From Escherichia coli O127:H6 str. E2348/69 (GTDB lineage: Bacteria > Pseudomonadota > Gammaproteobacteria > Enterobacterales > Enterobacteriaceae), in NCBI RefSeq assembly GCF_000026545.1, contig NC_011601.1: 64,000 nucleotides of DNA. One strand, 5' to 3'. Every line of letters begins with the position of its first letter. Position 1 is the first letter of the stretch. The notes under the pieces are model-generated. The model saw only the letters and a list, made by a program, of their open reading frames with translations, had not been told where the DNA came from and ran no database searches. Both the position numbers and the translations under genes were made by a program. Shown piece after piece: positions 12,399 to 22,031 of this stretch.

Positions 12399-13913
12399 TC
12401 ACGTCTGACTTACCTTTTTCTCCCCCCCCAGCAAACTCCCCAACATCCCACGCACAATCTGATTCGTCACCTGGCGGGCGGCGCTTTTCGCCATTGTTTG
12501 CACCACACCATCTTTCTTCCCGCCGCGTGGTCCGGTAGTGCCAAACAAAATATCCTTCAATCCACCAAGAATACCGTCATCCACCGCCACCTCTTTCCCT
12601 TTCGCGGGAGGATTATTTTGCTGCTCGGTACTGGCCTGAAAGCCTTTTTGCAACATCTCATAGGCGGATTCCCGGTCCACGTCATCCTCGTACTTGCCAT
12701 ACACCGGAGAGTGATTAATCAAGCCATTACGCTCATCTTCCGTCACCGGCCCCATTCGTGAACAGGGGGCAATCACCATCGCCCGTTCCACCACTGAAGG
12801 GCTTCCTTTCGCATCGAGAAACGAGATTAACGCCTCGCCGGTCCCCAGTTCCTGGATTGCCTTTTCGGTATCAAACGCCGGATTGGCCCGCATGGTTTGC
12901 GCCGCAGCTTTTACTGCTTTCTGATCTTTGGGCGTAAAAGCCCGCAAAGCGTGTTGAACGCGATTACCGAGCTGGCCGAGCACATTATCCGGAATATCAG
13001 ACGGGTTTTGCGAAACGAACCAGACGCCCACGCCTTTTGAGCGAATAAGCCTTATCACCTGCTCAATCTTATCCAGCAGTACCTGCGGTGCGTCATTAAA
13101 CAGCAGATGCGCCTCGTCGAAGAAAAACACAAGTTTTGGTTTCTCCAGATCGCCCGCTTCTGGCAATTGTTCATACAACTCTGAAAGCATCCACAGCAGG
13201 CTGGCGGCGTACAGTTTAGGCATCTGATAAAGCTTTTCGGCGCTGAGGATATTGATAACGCCTTTACCGTTAGCATCGTTGCGCATCCAGTCTTTGATAT
13301 CCAGCATCGGCTCGCCAAAGAAATGCGCCGCACCTTGTTGCTCCAGCGACAGTAATCCGCGCTGGATGGCACCAACCGATGCGCTACTGATATTTCCGTA
13401 CTGATTCTGGAAGGATTTGGCGTTATCGCCGATGTACTGGGTAATCGCCCGCAGATCTTTAAAGTCGAGCAGTAACAGCCCCTGATCGTCAGCAATACGG
13501 AAGATGATATCCAGCACGCCAGATTGCACATCGTTGAGATTCAGCAGTCGCGCCAGCAACAGCGGGCCCAGATCCGAAACCGTCGCCCGCACCGGATGGC
13601 CTTTCTCGCCAAAGATATCCCACACCACCACCGGATTGGCATGCGGTTGCCAGTCGTTGACGCCGATATTTTTCAGTCTTGCGAGCAGTTTTTCCGACGC
13701 CTTTCCTGACTGCGCGATGCCGGTCAGATCGCCTTTCACATCGGCCATAAACACCGGAACACCGATTTCCGACAATGACTCTGCCAGTTTTTGCAGCGTG
13801 ACAGTTTTACCCGTCCCCGTTGCGCCAGTAATCAGCCCGTGACGGTTAGCCATTCCCGGCAGTAAAAACAGTTCTGTGTCCGGCGTGCGGGCAATTAACA
13901 GGGGTTCGCTCAT
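12399..13913 (-). CDS. yjgR: P-loop ATPase (DUF853 / HerA-FtsK-like)
   Basis: Walker [10 protein letters not shown] place the start at [11 protein letters not shown] (13913) behind a GGAGG RBS; the track ORF begins 16 codons upstream. Confidence 0.9.
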   Translation of the reverse strand: MSEPLLIARTPDTELFLLPGMANRHGLITGATGTGKTVTLQKLAESLSEIGVPVFMADVKGDLTGIAQSGKASEKLLARLKNIGVNDWQPHANPVVVWDIFGEKGHPVRATVSDLGPLLLARLLNLNDVQSGVLDIIFRIADDQGLLLLDFKDLRAITQYIGDNAKSFQNQYGNISSASVGAIQRGLLSLEQQGAAHFFGEPMLDIKDWMRNDANGKGVINILSAEKLYQMPKLYAASLLWMLSELYEQLPEAGDLEKPKLVFFFDEAHLLFNDAPQVLLDKIEQVIRLIRSKGVGVWFVSQNPSDIPDNVLGQLGNRVQHALRAFTPKDQKAVKAAAQTMRANPAFDTEKAIQELGTGEALISFLDAKGSPSVVERAMVIAPCSRMGPVTEDERNGLINHSPVYGKYEDDVDRESAYEMLQKGFQASTEQQNNPPAKGKEVAVDDGILGGLKDILFGTTGPRGGKKDGVVQTMAKSAARQVTNQIVRGMLGSLLGGEKKVSQT

Positions 13914-14013
13914 GAGATTTCCTCCAGTTTCCTGCCTGGAGTATAGGCAACGGCTGCGCACTCTTCACCGCTAAATTCAGCAGATTGCGAGATGCCTTCC
14001 AAAGAGATTTAAG

Positions 14014-14036
14014 TGCCGGGCGACAGGCACCCGGCA
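14014..14036 (-). terminator. hairpin downstream of ahr (possible terminator)
   Basis: tgccggg (14014-14020) / cccggca (14030-14036), 7 nt beyond the ahr stop. The U-tract is weak. Confidence 0.4.
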
Positions 14037-14042
14037 AAGGGA

Positions 14043-15062
14043 TCAGAAATCGGCTTTCAGAACCACGCGATAACGCGCCTTACCGTCGCGCACATGCTGG
14101 ATGGCGTCGTTAATTTTCGACATCGGGAACAGTTCGGTAGTCGGCGCAACCTTGCTGCGGGCGGCAAAGCGCATCAGCTTACGCAACTCATAAGGTGTAC
14201 CGGTAGCAGAGCCAGAGACACTGCGATCGCCCGCAATCAGCGTAAAGGCCGGAACCGGCAACGGCGTGAGAACCGCACCGACGGTGTGGAAATTACCGCC
14301 ATACGTCAGCGCCTCAAAATAAGGCTGCCAGTCGAGGCTGACGTTGACGGTGTTGATAATGAGATCAAACTGCCCCGCCAGTGCTTTCAGTGCCTGTGGA
14401 TCGCGGCTATTCACCACTTTATCGGCACCCATCACCAGCACTTCCTGCTCTTTCGCCGGATTAGAACTAAAGGCTGTCACCTCGCATCCCATTGCGTGCA
14501 GAAGTTTTATAGCTATATGCCCCAGCCCGCCAATACCAATTACCCCAACGCGGCTGGTGGCAGTGATATGGTGCATCAACAGCGGTTTAAAGACCGTGAT
14601 ACCGCCGCACAACAGCGGTCCGGCAGATTCAATGTCGATATTTTCTGGCAGTGGAATCACCCATTGCCAGTCCGCACGCAACTTCTCGGCAAAGCCACCG
14701 CGATTCATAATCGTCGGCACCGCACCTTGCTCGCAGTTGATCTGATTACCGCTAATACAGGCATCGCAATGCCCGCAGCTGCGTGCCGTCCAGCCAATCC
14801 CGACACGCTGACCGACCTGCAAACCTTTATCCTGCGCGGCACTCCCGAGCGCCACTACGCGACCAATCACCTCATGCCCGGCAACCAGTGGATATTGTGA
14901 AAATCCCCATTCGTTATCGATCATTGACAGATCGGAATGACAGATCCCGCAGTAATCCACCTGCACTTCAACATCTTGTGGCTTCAGTTCACCGGGATCG
15001 TACTCATAAACTTCCAGTTCGCCGCCCGCTTCTTTTGCGGCATAGCTTTTTATCATCGACAT
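14043..15062 (-). CDS. ahr: NADPH-dependent aldehyde reductase (Zn-ADH family)
   Basis: Start at [14 protein letters not shown] (15062), 339 aa. Zn-ADH motifs CGICHSD and GHEVIG and Rossmann motif GIGGLGH. Confidence 0.92.
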   Translation of the reverse strand: MSMIKSYAAKEAGGELEVYEYDPGELKPQDVEVQVDYCGICHSDLSMIDNEWGFSQYPLVAGHEVIGRVVALGSAAQDKGLQVGQRVGIGWTARSCGHCDACISGNQINCEQGAVPTIMNRGGFAEKLRADWQWVIPLPENIDIESAGPLLCGGITVFKPLLMHHITATSRVGVIGIGGLGHIAIKLLHAMGCEVTAFSSNPAKEQEVLVMGADKVVNSRDPQALKALAGQFDLIINTVNVSLDWQPYFEALTYGGNFHTVGAVLTPLPVPAFTLIAGDRSVSGSATGTPYELRKLMRFAARSKVAPTTELFPMSKINDAIQHVRDGKARYRVVLKADF

Positions 15063-15200
15063 TTTTTGGTCCTTCTCTGGTGTGGTCTGGGAAGTGTAGA
15101 GCATGGCAGGGCGGGGTGCCTGGAGTGTGACAAAGGTTACACATCGCGGTATGCAATGCTGAAAATTTCAGCACTTAGCGAGGTGCGAGCAAGCTGGCGC

Positions 15201-15228
15201 TTGCATGGTGGCGTGCGACAGGTATAAT
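15201..15228 (+). promoter_or_regulatory. probable leuX sigma70 promoter
   Basis: TTGCAT (15201-15206), a 16-bp spacer, then TATAAT (15223-15228), about 30 nt upstream of the tRNA 5' end. Confidence 0.55.
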
Positions 15229-15257
15229 CCACAACGTTTTCCGCATACCTCTTCAGT

Positions 15258-15342
15258 GCCGAAGTGGCGAAATCGGTAGACGCAGTTGATTCAAAATCAA
15301 CCGTAGAAATACGTGCCGGTTCGAGTCCGGCCTTCGGCACCA
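15258..15342 (+). tRNA. leuX: tRNA-Leu (anticodon CAA)
   Basis: 85-nt gccgaagtggcgaaatcggtagacgcagttgattCAAaatcaaccgtagaaatacgtgccggttcgagtccggccttcggcacca: long variable arm, CAA anticodon, encoded CCA. Confidence 0.97.
15312..15342 (+). repeat. attL core: 31-bp direct repeat (3' end of leuX)
   Basis: cgtgccggttcgagtccggccttcggcacca is identical to 30373-30403. Confidence 0.9.
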
Positions 15343-15859
15343 AGTCACTAAATTTCTTACAATACAATAAGTTAGGAAATAAAATCTATCTCTTTTGCCT
15401 GTAAGAAATGCTCTGTTATGTCCCTTGAAAAAGCCGCTGTGGTTGATAGTGGTAATTGGGATGTTAACTCATAGCGGCGTGTAGTTCCAAGCGTCAAACA
15501 CGTACTGACTCAACTTGAAAGCTATGACGTAGCCACCGTCTCTAAACAATCCCAAAAACTTTTAGTGAAGCGCATTTTAGCCCGATGCCCCCGTTCTGTC
15601 GCCGTCGCGAGACGCCGCAGGGGATAAACAGGTTTATGGTGGTCACGGTACTTGCAGACCATATGCAAGCTCTGCCAGCGGTTCGGCCTCGCTCCCCTTG
15701 GGTACATGGTCATCCTGATAAGCCTCACTAACTGACATAACTGTGATGTAGTCGCCAGAGGCTCCGCTTGTTGTCTTACCACCAACGGGGCTTATGACTT
15801 TTATTGTGTCAGTAAACGGCATATTATCAGTGATAGTTCAAACAGTTAGTAGGTAGAAA

Positions 15860-16408
15860 ATGAAGACCAAAAGAAAGAGCTTTGATCAATTCTTATGGCA
15901 TGATATTGATTTTGAAGATGATGCTGCAAAACAGGAAGAATACCTTGAATCTGCATTGCCACTTATTGGCCAGATTGTTATGTATTTCAATGCGCTAGAG
16001 AAAGAATTAGATAAAGTCATTTATGAAGGATTCAGCGATCGGTCAGATCAGTTAGGAATAATAATTGTGCATAACATGAATTATGCAGCAAAAGTCGAGT
16101 TATTTAGACGTCACTCCGAATTATTCCATTTGGGTGTTGGGCAGCATGTTGATATGTTTGAAGGTCTTATAAAGGATCTCAAGGAATGTGGACGGTTACG
16201 AAACATTACTGTACATGCTGACTGGGATAGCACTGATGTCGAAGGATATACATATTTAGGCATCAAAATAACTAACAATGGAATATCTCAGGAATATATC
16301 CAGTTTGACCTGGGGTCGTTGGAAAGTATCCTTCAATTGATTTTCAGTACGAGATATAAGTTGAGTGATTATTCAGACTTAAGGGGAGATATACTGGCTT
16401 CACATTAG
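15860..16408 (+). CDS. HEPN-like protein (RNxxxH motif), candidate RNase toxin/defence effector
   Basis: 182-aa, predicted helical ORF in AT-rich cargo. The motif CGRLRNITVHADW fits the HEPN R-x4-6-H (RNxxxH) signature. Confidence 0.5.
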   Translation: MKTKRKSFDQFLWHDIDFEDDAAKQEEYLESALPLIGQIVMYFNALEKELDKVIYEGFSDRSDQLGIIIVHNMNYAAKVELFRRHSELFHLGVGQHVDMFEGLIKDLKECGRLRNITVHADWDSTDVEGYTYLGIKITNNGISQEYIQFDLGSLESILQLIFSTRYKLSDYSDLRGDILASH

Positions 16409-16477
16409 TGCCATTTTTTTACTAAATAGCTAACAAATACTATCGGTAAAAGACAACATCGCAATGGTAAAGCTGCC

Positions 16478-16948
16478 GTGAAGAAGACATTGATTGATTG
16501 GATCATAGAGACTGATAACTGGACAGGAATCGCAGCGTGGGCGGGTTTCGGTTTGTCAGTATTTCAGTTAGTAAAATCAAGAACATCGCTAAGACTTTAC
16601 CTCGGGTGTGATCAGCACGAGGACAGAATATACGTTTCGAACATAAGCGCACATGATGTAACGTTGAGTGTAGCCGGTGTCGTAACAGCCAGTGGACGCC
16701 TTAGAATGCTTTCCGACGAGTATTCGGATGAGAACATGATCACACCGATGTTACCAAGAAGGTTGAAAGCACGAGACGAAATGGTCTTGAACGTGCCCTT
16801 CATAAATAAGGCTCATCACAACAAAGTGCATCATCGTGGCGGGGTGTATATCAAAACATCTGACGGCAAGATGTTCAGTGATGTTTGTTGGATTAGACGC
16901 CAATGGTGGTGGTTACTGTCTGTAATACTGCGAGACACAAAGCGATAG
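16478..16948 (+). CDS. small membrane-anchored protein, unknown function
   Basis: 156-aa ORF with a GTG start, 70 nt after the HEPN-like gene. It has an N-terminal hydrophobic helix (WTGIAAWAGFGLSVFQLV) and a Trp-rich C-terminal segment. The RBS is weak. Confidence 0.4.
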   Translation: MKKTLIDWIIETDNWTGIAAWAGFGLSVFQLVKSRTSLRLYLGCDQHEDRIYVSNISAHDVTLSVAGVVTASGRLRMLSDEYSDENMITPMLPRRLKARDEMVLNVPFINKAHHNKVHHRGGVYIKTSDGKMFSDVCWIRRQWWWLLSVILRDTKR

Positions 16949-17159
16949 GACAAGCGAGTCGCAGCTCATATGAGTGCCAACTGACATACGGCTCAGTTGG
17001 AATACTAGGATCGCGACTACGTGTTGTCTGCGAAAAACTGGGACTCAATAGATGGGTGTAGATTTAATTGATACGATCCTGTACGCGAATATTTCTCAGC
17101 ATAAATATCATCCCAGCGTCGGATTATGGTATTCAGAATGTGTGTGATGGTCTCTATCT

Positions 17160-17852
17160 TTATTCAGACCTTTTCTTCTTATCTTCCCATTCTTTTAAAG
17201 TGCTCTGATATCTTTCTTCATTTATTCTTTTTTCCTCGGTTCTGTCGCTTGAGTTGTAATTATCTGTTTTAATTTTCTTGGCTCCTTGGGATATCGGCCT
17301 CCAGTCCTCTCTAATTTTTTTCACTTGCTCGGCTATTTGTGTCATTGGACTCCTTGCTCCTAAATAGCTAACCCCCTCGAAAGAAGCCATATCATAAGAA
17401 TATTCATTGAGTTCTCTTTCTGTAGATCCGGGCTGTTTTGACCAACTGACACTAATAGAATAAATTTGATCCTTAATTTGCTCATACTTGCAGAGATTGC
17501 TGTTGAGAGAGTGTCCGTTTTTTAATACGCTGACCTTGCTAAATGGTACGCCTCTATTTTTTCTATGTTCTGCATTAACGAGAGGGGGATCAAATTCGAC
17601 CGCTATATCATAGGCTGGTGCATTTCCAGTATTAGCGATATTAATGTCAAAATAAAAAGCAGCCCAAGAGTTTGGTTCAAGAGTCACAACAACATGTGGT
17701 TGAACTGATGCGTCAACCATCCTTTTCGTTTCGTTTGCTAATAGCCTTGTTACTCTCCACAAGAAAAACGTAGCAACTGCTGTTAGCAGTGCTGCAAAAG
17801 CAGAGATCATTGTGCTTATAGTATCTATATGCTGTGTGATGAATTCGATCAT
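17160..17852 (-). CDS. single-pass membrane protein, unknown function
   Basis: I place the start at MIEFITQH (17852) behind a GAGGGAGA RBS. It has a TM helix (ISAFAALLTAVATFFLW), a beta-rich middle and a Lys/Glu-rich tail; 230 aa. Confidence 0.55.
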   Translation of the reverse strand: MIEFITQHIDTISTMISAFAALLTAVATFFLWRVTRLLANETKRMVDASVQPHVVVTLEPNSWAAFYFDINIANTGNAPAYDIAVEFDPPLVNAEHRKNRGVPFSKVSVLKNGHSLNSNLCKYEQIKDQIYSISVSWSKQPGSTERELNEYSYDMASFEGVSYLGARSPMTQIAEQVKKIREDWRPISQGAKKIKTDNYNSSDRTEEKRINEERYQSTLKEWEDKKKRSE

Positions 17853-18178
17853 TCTTCTCCCTCGAAATATAGTGCTTATTGTTATCAAAGGTAAGATAGC
17901 TCCCGGCTTGAAAAATTGCACGCTTATGGTTGCCCCTCCCTCGACGGTTAAGGCTTCAACTTCCCCCGTGCGCCTCTCCCAGCCGAAGGCTGGGCGGGCT
18001 GTATATCGATTTGCCTTCCTCTGTGGCGTTTATGACCCTGTTTCGCGTTCTTACCGTGAGGCTGTGGGTTAGGGTTACTCTTCTCTTTAAACGCTAAATC
18101 ACTCCTGAATCTCCACTGTTAAAGCACTTTGCGTTGATGCTTGGCGCTTCTCTTGGCTGTCGTTATTGTTTTGGCTTT

Positions 18179-18298
18179 GGTGTCATCAATCGTTCGATTC
18201 TTGCTACCTGTCTGAGTGATTACTATCTGGTATCATCAATTTAGGGTTTGACTAAATGCCACCACCAATGCAATGATGCTACCGTTTTGTGATACCAG
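18179..18298. repeat. res-like repeat cluster upstream of the serine recombinase
   Basis: GGTGTCATCAAT (18179-18190) and GGTATCATCAAT (18229-18240) are direct repeats 50 bp apart. CTGGTATCA (18227-18235) and TGATACCAG (18290-18298) form a 9-bp inverted repeat. Confidence 0.4.
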
Positions 18299-18314
18299 AC
18301 GGGTGAGGTGAACC

Positions 18315-18884
18315 ATGAGGACTTTTATCTACTGCCGCGTTTCAACACGCGAGCAGGATACGCAGAATCAGGTGCTGGCTATTGAGCGTGCCGGGTATAA
18401 GGTGCCGGAGAGCAGGGTAATCAGCGAGGACATTTCCGGCAGCGTTCAGGCTATGCAGCGCCCTAAGTTCCGGGCGATGGTTGAGCACAAGCTGGAAGCG
18501 GGAGATCAGCTTGTCGTGCTGAAACTGGACAGGCTGGGGCGTGACAACATCGATGTGCAGCAGACCATCGACATGCTGTTAGAACGCGGCGTGAAGGTGG
18601 TGTCTCTTGACCTGCCAGCGCGTGATCTGACTTCATCTGAGGGCAAGCTAATCCGCCAGATGTTTGGAGCCTTTGCTGAGTTCGAGCGAAACCGTATCCG
18701 TGAGAGGACGCTGGACGGGCTGGAGAAGGCGAAAGCCAATGGCGTTAAGCTGGGACGCAAGGAAGCCACCGACACCACTCAAAAGGTGCAGGAGCTGCGG
18801 AGTGAGGGGCTGTCTCAATCGAAGGTAGCGAAGCATCTCGGCGTTAGCGTGAGCACCGTTAAACGTCACTGGAACAAGGGTTAG
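18315..18884 (+). CDS. serine recombinase (resolvase/invertase family)
   Basis: 189 aa with a catalytic N-terminus (YCRVSTREQ), LDRLGR, E-helix FAEFERNRIRERT and a C-terminal HTH (LGVSVSTVKRH). RBS GAGGTG. Confidence 0.9.
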   Translation: MRTFIYCRVSTREQDTQNQVLAIERAGYKVPESRVISEDISGSVQAMQRPKFRAMVEHKLEAGDQLVVLKLDRLGRDNIDVQQTIDMLLERGVKVVSLDLPARDLTSSEGKLIRQMFGAFAEFERNRIRERTLDGLEKAKANGVKLGRKEATDTTQKVQELRSEGLSQSKVAKHLGVSVSTVKRHWNKG

Positions 18885-19439
18885 GGGTGATGACCTACAA
18901 CCAAATGAGGTGCCAGCACTGGCCGTTACTGGGCTGTGGGAGATGGATGACCTACAGCTTTTGTATTTATTTCAGAGTGTTATGTTATGCGAAATCTCGT
19001 AATGCTATGATTTATAGTGTATTTTCGTATTACTTGCGGCTCTTGATGCGAAGAGATGGCGGGGCTTTAGCCGTGCCAGACGATGAGCATCAAGATCAGA
19101 TTGTGAATGTGATTCATCACTGAACAATTCGAGGGATGGGGCAGGGGAAGGGATCAAAGGCTGCGTTGTCCAATCACTAAGCTAGATTTGAAGCTGGTCA
19201 ACACGTTAGTAGTATCTTTAAAGTCGCATTTTAAATACATGTACAAAAAAGGGTTCTTCCCCTACATCCCCTTCTCCTAATCAGTGTTATCGCTTCACGC
19301 TCACCACTGGCTGCGCTTCTCGCTGTGCTCCAGCCCACTCGATCGCCTTTGGCTCATTCCCGGTCTTCGCCTGCTGTGATGCTCGGCCACTCTACGCAAC
19401 CGTGCTTGCCGTGGCATGCAACGCGGCGGGGATGTGTAG

Positions 19440-19750
19440 TGGAACGGTACTTTTTATCTATATTATTAATTTAATCAATCACATACTGTTATCGGTAGGT
19501 ATTCTTCAAAACATCTTCATTCATTTCTGTATCGTTCAATCATCTTTCTTGTTCGTTTCCTTTCAGGTCTTAGCCGTTGGTCATTGGTCTTACTGCCCGC
19601 TGTGCTACTGCCAGCTATGGCACGCCGTCACGGTCTACTGTCTGTCACCTGTCCTACTGCGTTCACTGTCTGCCGTCTGTCATCCTGTCGGATTCCATCC
19701 GTTGACGTTCCGCGCTCGCTTGTTTCGGCTGCGCCGCGCTCGCTCTGCGT
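19440..19750. other. candidate replication origin or other cis-acting region (AT-rich tract plus short repeats)
   Basis: An AT-rich tract at 19447-19560 is followed by at least 4 copies of (C)TACTG(C/T)(C/G) at 19591, 19606, 19636 and 19655, multiple CTGTC, and CCGCGCTCGCT twice (19710, 19734). It is non-coding and lies upstream of the helicase gene. Confidence 0.35.
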
Positions 19751-20149
19751 ATCTAGCGATACTATATCACTATAGACACTTTCATAATTATATAATGATT
19801 ACAGTAACTTATGTTTTCTGTTTTAAAAGCTACTAATAAGGAGATATAGAGCATTACTTACCCGCTTTTGACCGACAAAAATCGCGTTGTTAAGTATTGC
19901 CAGCCCAGGCTCAATAAGGCTTAGCGAGGTGGTGGCTAAAAAATGAGCTAATGAAGGTATCTACTAAGGAGAAAGAATAACTCCCGAAGCGCGACAAACT
20001 CTCCGATTTTGAAAGTGACTATTAAGGCAGATAAAGACACTGACACTGTTGCTGACATGAAAACTTCTAAAAGGGCAGAGAGTCTGCCGAACCCGTACCG
20101 CTGACCCAACCTGAGCTAATACCTACCCCTATTTTCTGGAGATTTCACC

Positions 20150-21994
20150 ATGCCAACAAACCTACGCCGCCTGCTTGCGCAGGCTGCCGACGCTGACCCG
20201 CTCAATACTGCGGACGCAGATGTACAGCAAATGATCGCTGACGGGATTGTTATTCGACGTTCCAAGATATGCCCTGTAAAGCGTAAACCCGTTAAGGCGG
20301 CATACAACACAAAGACCGAAGAGTTTTATTACAATGCAGATGGCTCCGCGATGACCTTGCGGGAGTGGCGAACGCTGCACGGTGTTCAACCGAAGAAACA
20401 AAAACAGCGCTCTGACACTGGGTTGCGGCAAGTCATCCAGCCCGGCGACGCGATTCACTGCCGACGCGCTGAGATTGAGCAATGGCTTAATAAGAAGCCC
20501 GCTCGTTATGTTGACCCGCTGCCGCCAGATTTTCCCGGTGTTCGCGTAGACGATGCCGCATTGAAACCGCGCGAGCACGCCGTGCCGGAAGCGACAACCG
20601 GACAGAATGCTTTTCTCAAAGCCTGCCGCGAGTTCCTGATTTGCGATGAGAAGACCATGCGCCGTATCAGTCGGGGCATGAACCAAATGGAAGCTATGCG
20701 CAACGCAGATTTCAAACGCTACGGAGACTCAGGGGAGTTTCGTCAATTGTGGTGTGGAGAGTCGAAGCCTACCGAAGATAGATTTAATAGTTCTAATCAT
20801 CATTGTGACCCGAACGGCTTGGCTGCTTCGCCGTCTGTGCCGCCACTGAATACTGCACCGTATGAGTTCCGCCCGCTGGCTCGCTGTGACCGAAACGCAC
20901 GCGTTAGCCTGCTGCCACCTGATGGGCTGGAGTGGAGGCCGGGGCAGTTGTCTGTTGCTGATGCGATCTTTTCCCGTGGCAGTGATGTGCTTGCCGTACT
21001 GCCGACCGGGTATGGCAAAAGCGCCGCCTTCACTTATCCATTGATTTATGAGTCCCGCGCTGGCATTGGCCTGTCTGTAATCGTGGTTCCTACTAATACC
21101 CTTAAGCGTCAGATTCTCCGCCAGTTGCGGGAGGCTGGCATTCACGCTGTGGCCTTTGGCGATAAGCTACCGAGGCACCGCAACGCACAACAACTGGCGG
21201 GACTAGCAGCCGGGGCGTTCCGGGTTGCTGTTGTTTCGCCTGAACATCTGGTTCCGTCGAGTCAGGTTCTCGCGGCGCTGATGGCTTATGGCGTTGATCG
21301 TTTTATTATCGATGAGGCACACACGGTCAAAGACTGGGATTTCCGCCCAGCTTACGACGCAATGCAGCACACACTACAGAATGCTTTTCCCTCGGCTCAG
21401 CGCTGCGTGTTTACGGCTACTCTACTACGAGAAAATGAGCGCGGTTTAATGGAGGCGCTGGGATGCCGTGGCGATTACGTTACATTCCGTGCTGATGTTG
21501 CTCGCGAGAATATCCAGTTGATTCCGGTCAGGCAGTGCCGCCAGCGATACCGCGCGGCTGTTGGTCTGGTCGAGGCTCTGCCAGAGGAAGAGAAGACGCT
21601 CATTCTAGTCAATGACCTTAAGACGTTGCGGGCGTACCTGAAACTCTTCGGCGACCGGGCGCGCCCATATCACTCGAAGACGATGCACCTGAGCAACGAG
21701 GAACGCCACGCAAACGCTGAGTGGTTTGCCTCTGCGCCGGGCGCGATTCTGATTGCTACTAAAGCCTTCGGGCTGGGTGCTGATGTTCCTGATATCCGTA
21801 ACGTTGTCGTGACATACGTTCCCGATGACTTGCCTGATCTCGTTCAGATGATTGGACGAGCCGGGCGCGATGGGGAACCTGCCCGCGCTTTTCTGCTGTG
21901 GTCATCGCTGGCGCTGGATGTTGCTCCTGATGAGCTTGCTTACTTCTACCGCCCTGAAAACTGTAACTGGCAGTACATCGCTAAATACCTCTGA
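20150..21994 (+). CDS. RecQ-family SF2 DNA helicase with a ~260-aa unknown N-terminal region
   Basis: 614 aa with motif I PTGYGKS, motif II DEAH, TAT, and the RecQ-type motif VI QMIGRAGRDG. RBS TGGAG. Confidence 0.85.
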   Translation: MPTNLRRLLAQAADADPLNTADADVQQMIADGIVIRRSKICPVKRKPVKAAYNTKTEEFYYNADGSAMTLREWRTLHGVQPKKQKQRSDTGLRQVIQPGDAIHCRRAEIEQWLNKKPARYVDPLPPDFPGVRVDDAALKPREHAVPEATTGQNAFLKACREFLICDEKTMRRISRGMNQMEAMRNADFKRYGDSGEFRQLWCGESKPTEDRFNSSNHHCDPNGLAASPSVPPLNTAPYEFRPLARCDRNARVSLLPPDGLEWRPGQLSVADAIFSRGSDVLAVLPTGYGKSAAFTYPLIYESRAGIGLSVIVVPTNTLKRQILRQLREAGIHAVAFGDKLPRHRNAQQLAGLAAGAFRVAVVSPEHLVPSSQVLAALMAYGVDRFIIDEAHTVKDWDFRPAYDAMQHTLQNAFPSAQRCVFTATLLRENERGLMEALGCRGDYVTFRADVARENIQLIPVRQCRQRYRAAVGLVEALPEEEKTLILVNDLKTLRAYLKLFGDRARPYHSKTMHLSNEERHANAEWFASAPGAILIATKAFGLGADVPDIRNVVVTYVPDDLPDLVQMIGRAGRDGEPARAFLLWSSLALDVAPDELAYFYRPENCNWQYIAKYL

Positions 21995-22031
21995 GTCGAA
22001 AGGCTCTCCCTGATTCTCTGGAGTTAATCAT

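Noticed and set aside
15522-15822. Minus-strand small ORFs just inside attL. One is a hand-found 59-aa frame (15643-15822, MPFTDTIKVISPVGGKTTSGASGDYITVMSVSEAYQDD...). The other is the 87-aa track ORF (15522..15785), which overlaps it in another frame.
   Set aside because: This looks like a frameshifted remnant, being GC-richer than its surroundings. There is no RBS and no motif I recognise, so I cannot support it as a gene.
18887-19123. 78-aa ORF directly after the serine recombinase.
   Set aside because: It is Cys/Tyr/Phe/Arg-rich with a GTG start and no RBS, and it lies in AT-rich DNA.
19402-19836. 144-aa ORF (and the nested 19584..19775) in the ori-like region.
   Set aside because: It is Cys/Leu/Phe-rich with no RBS, and it runs through the short-repeat tract. 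It is more likely non-coding cis-acting DNA.
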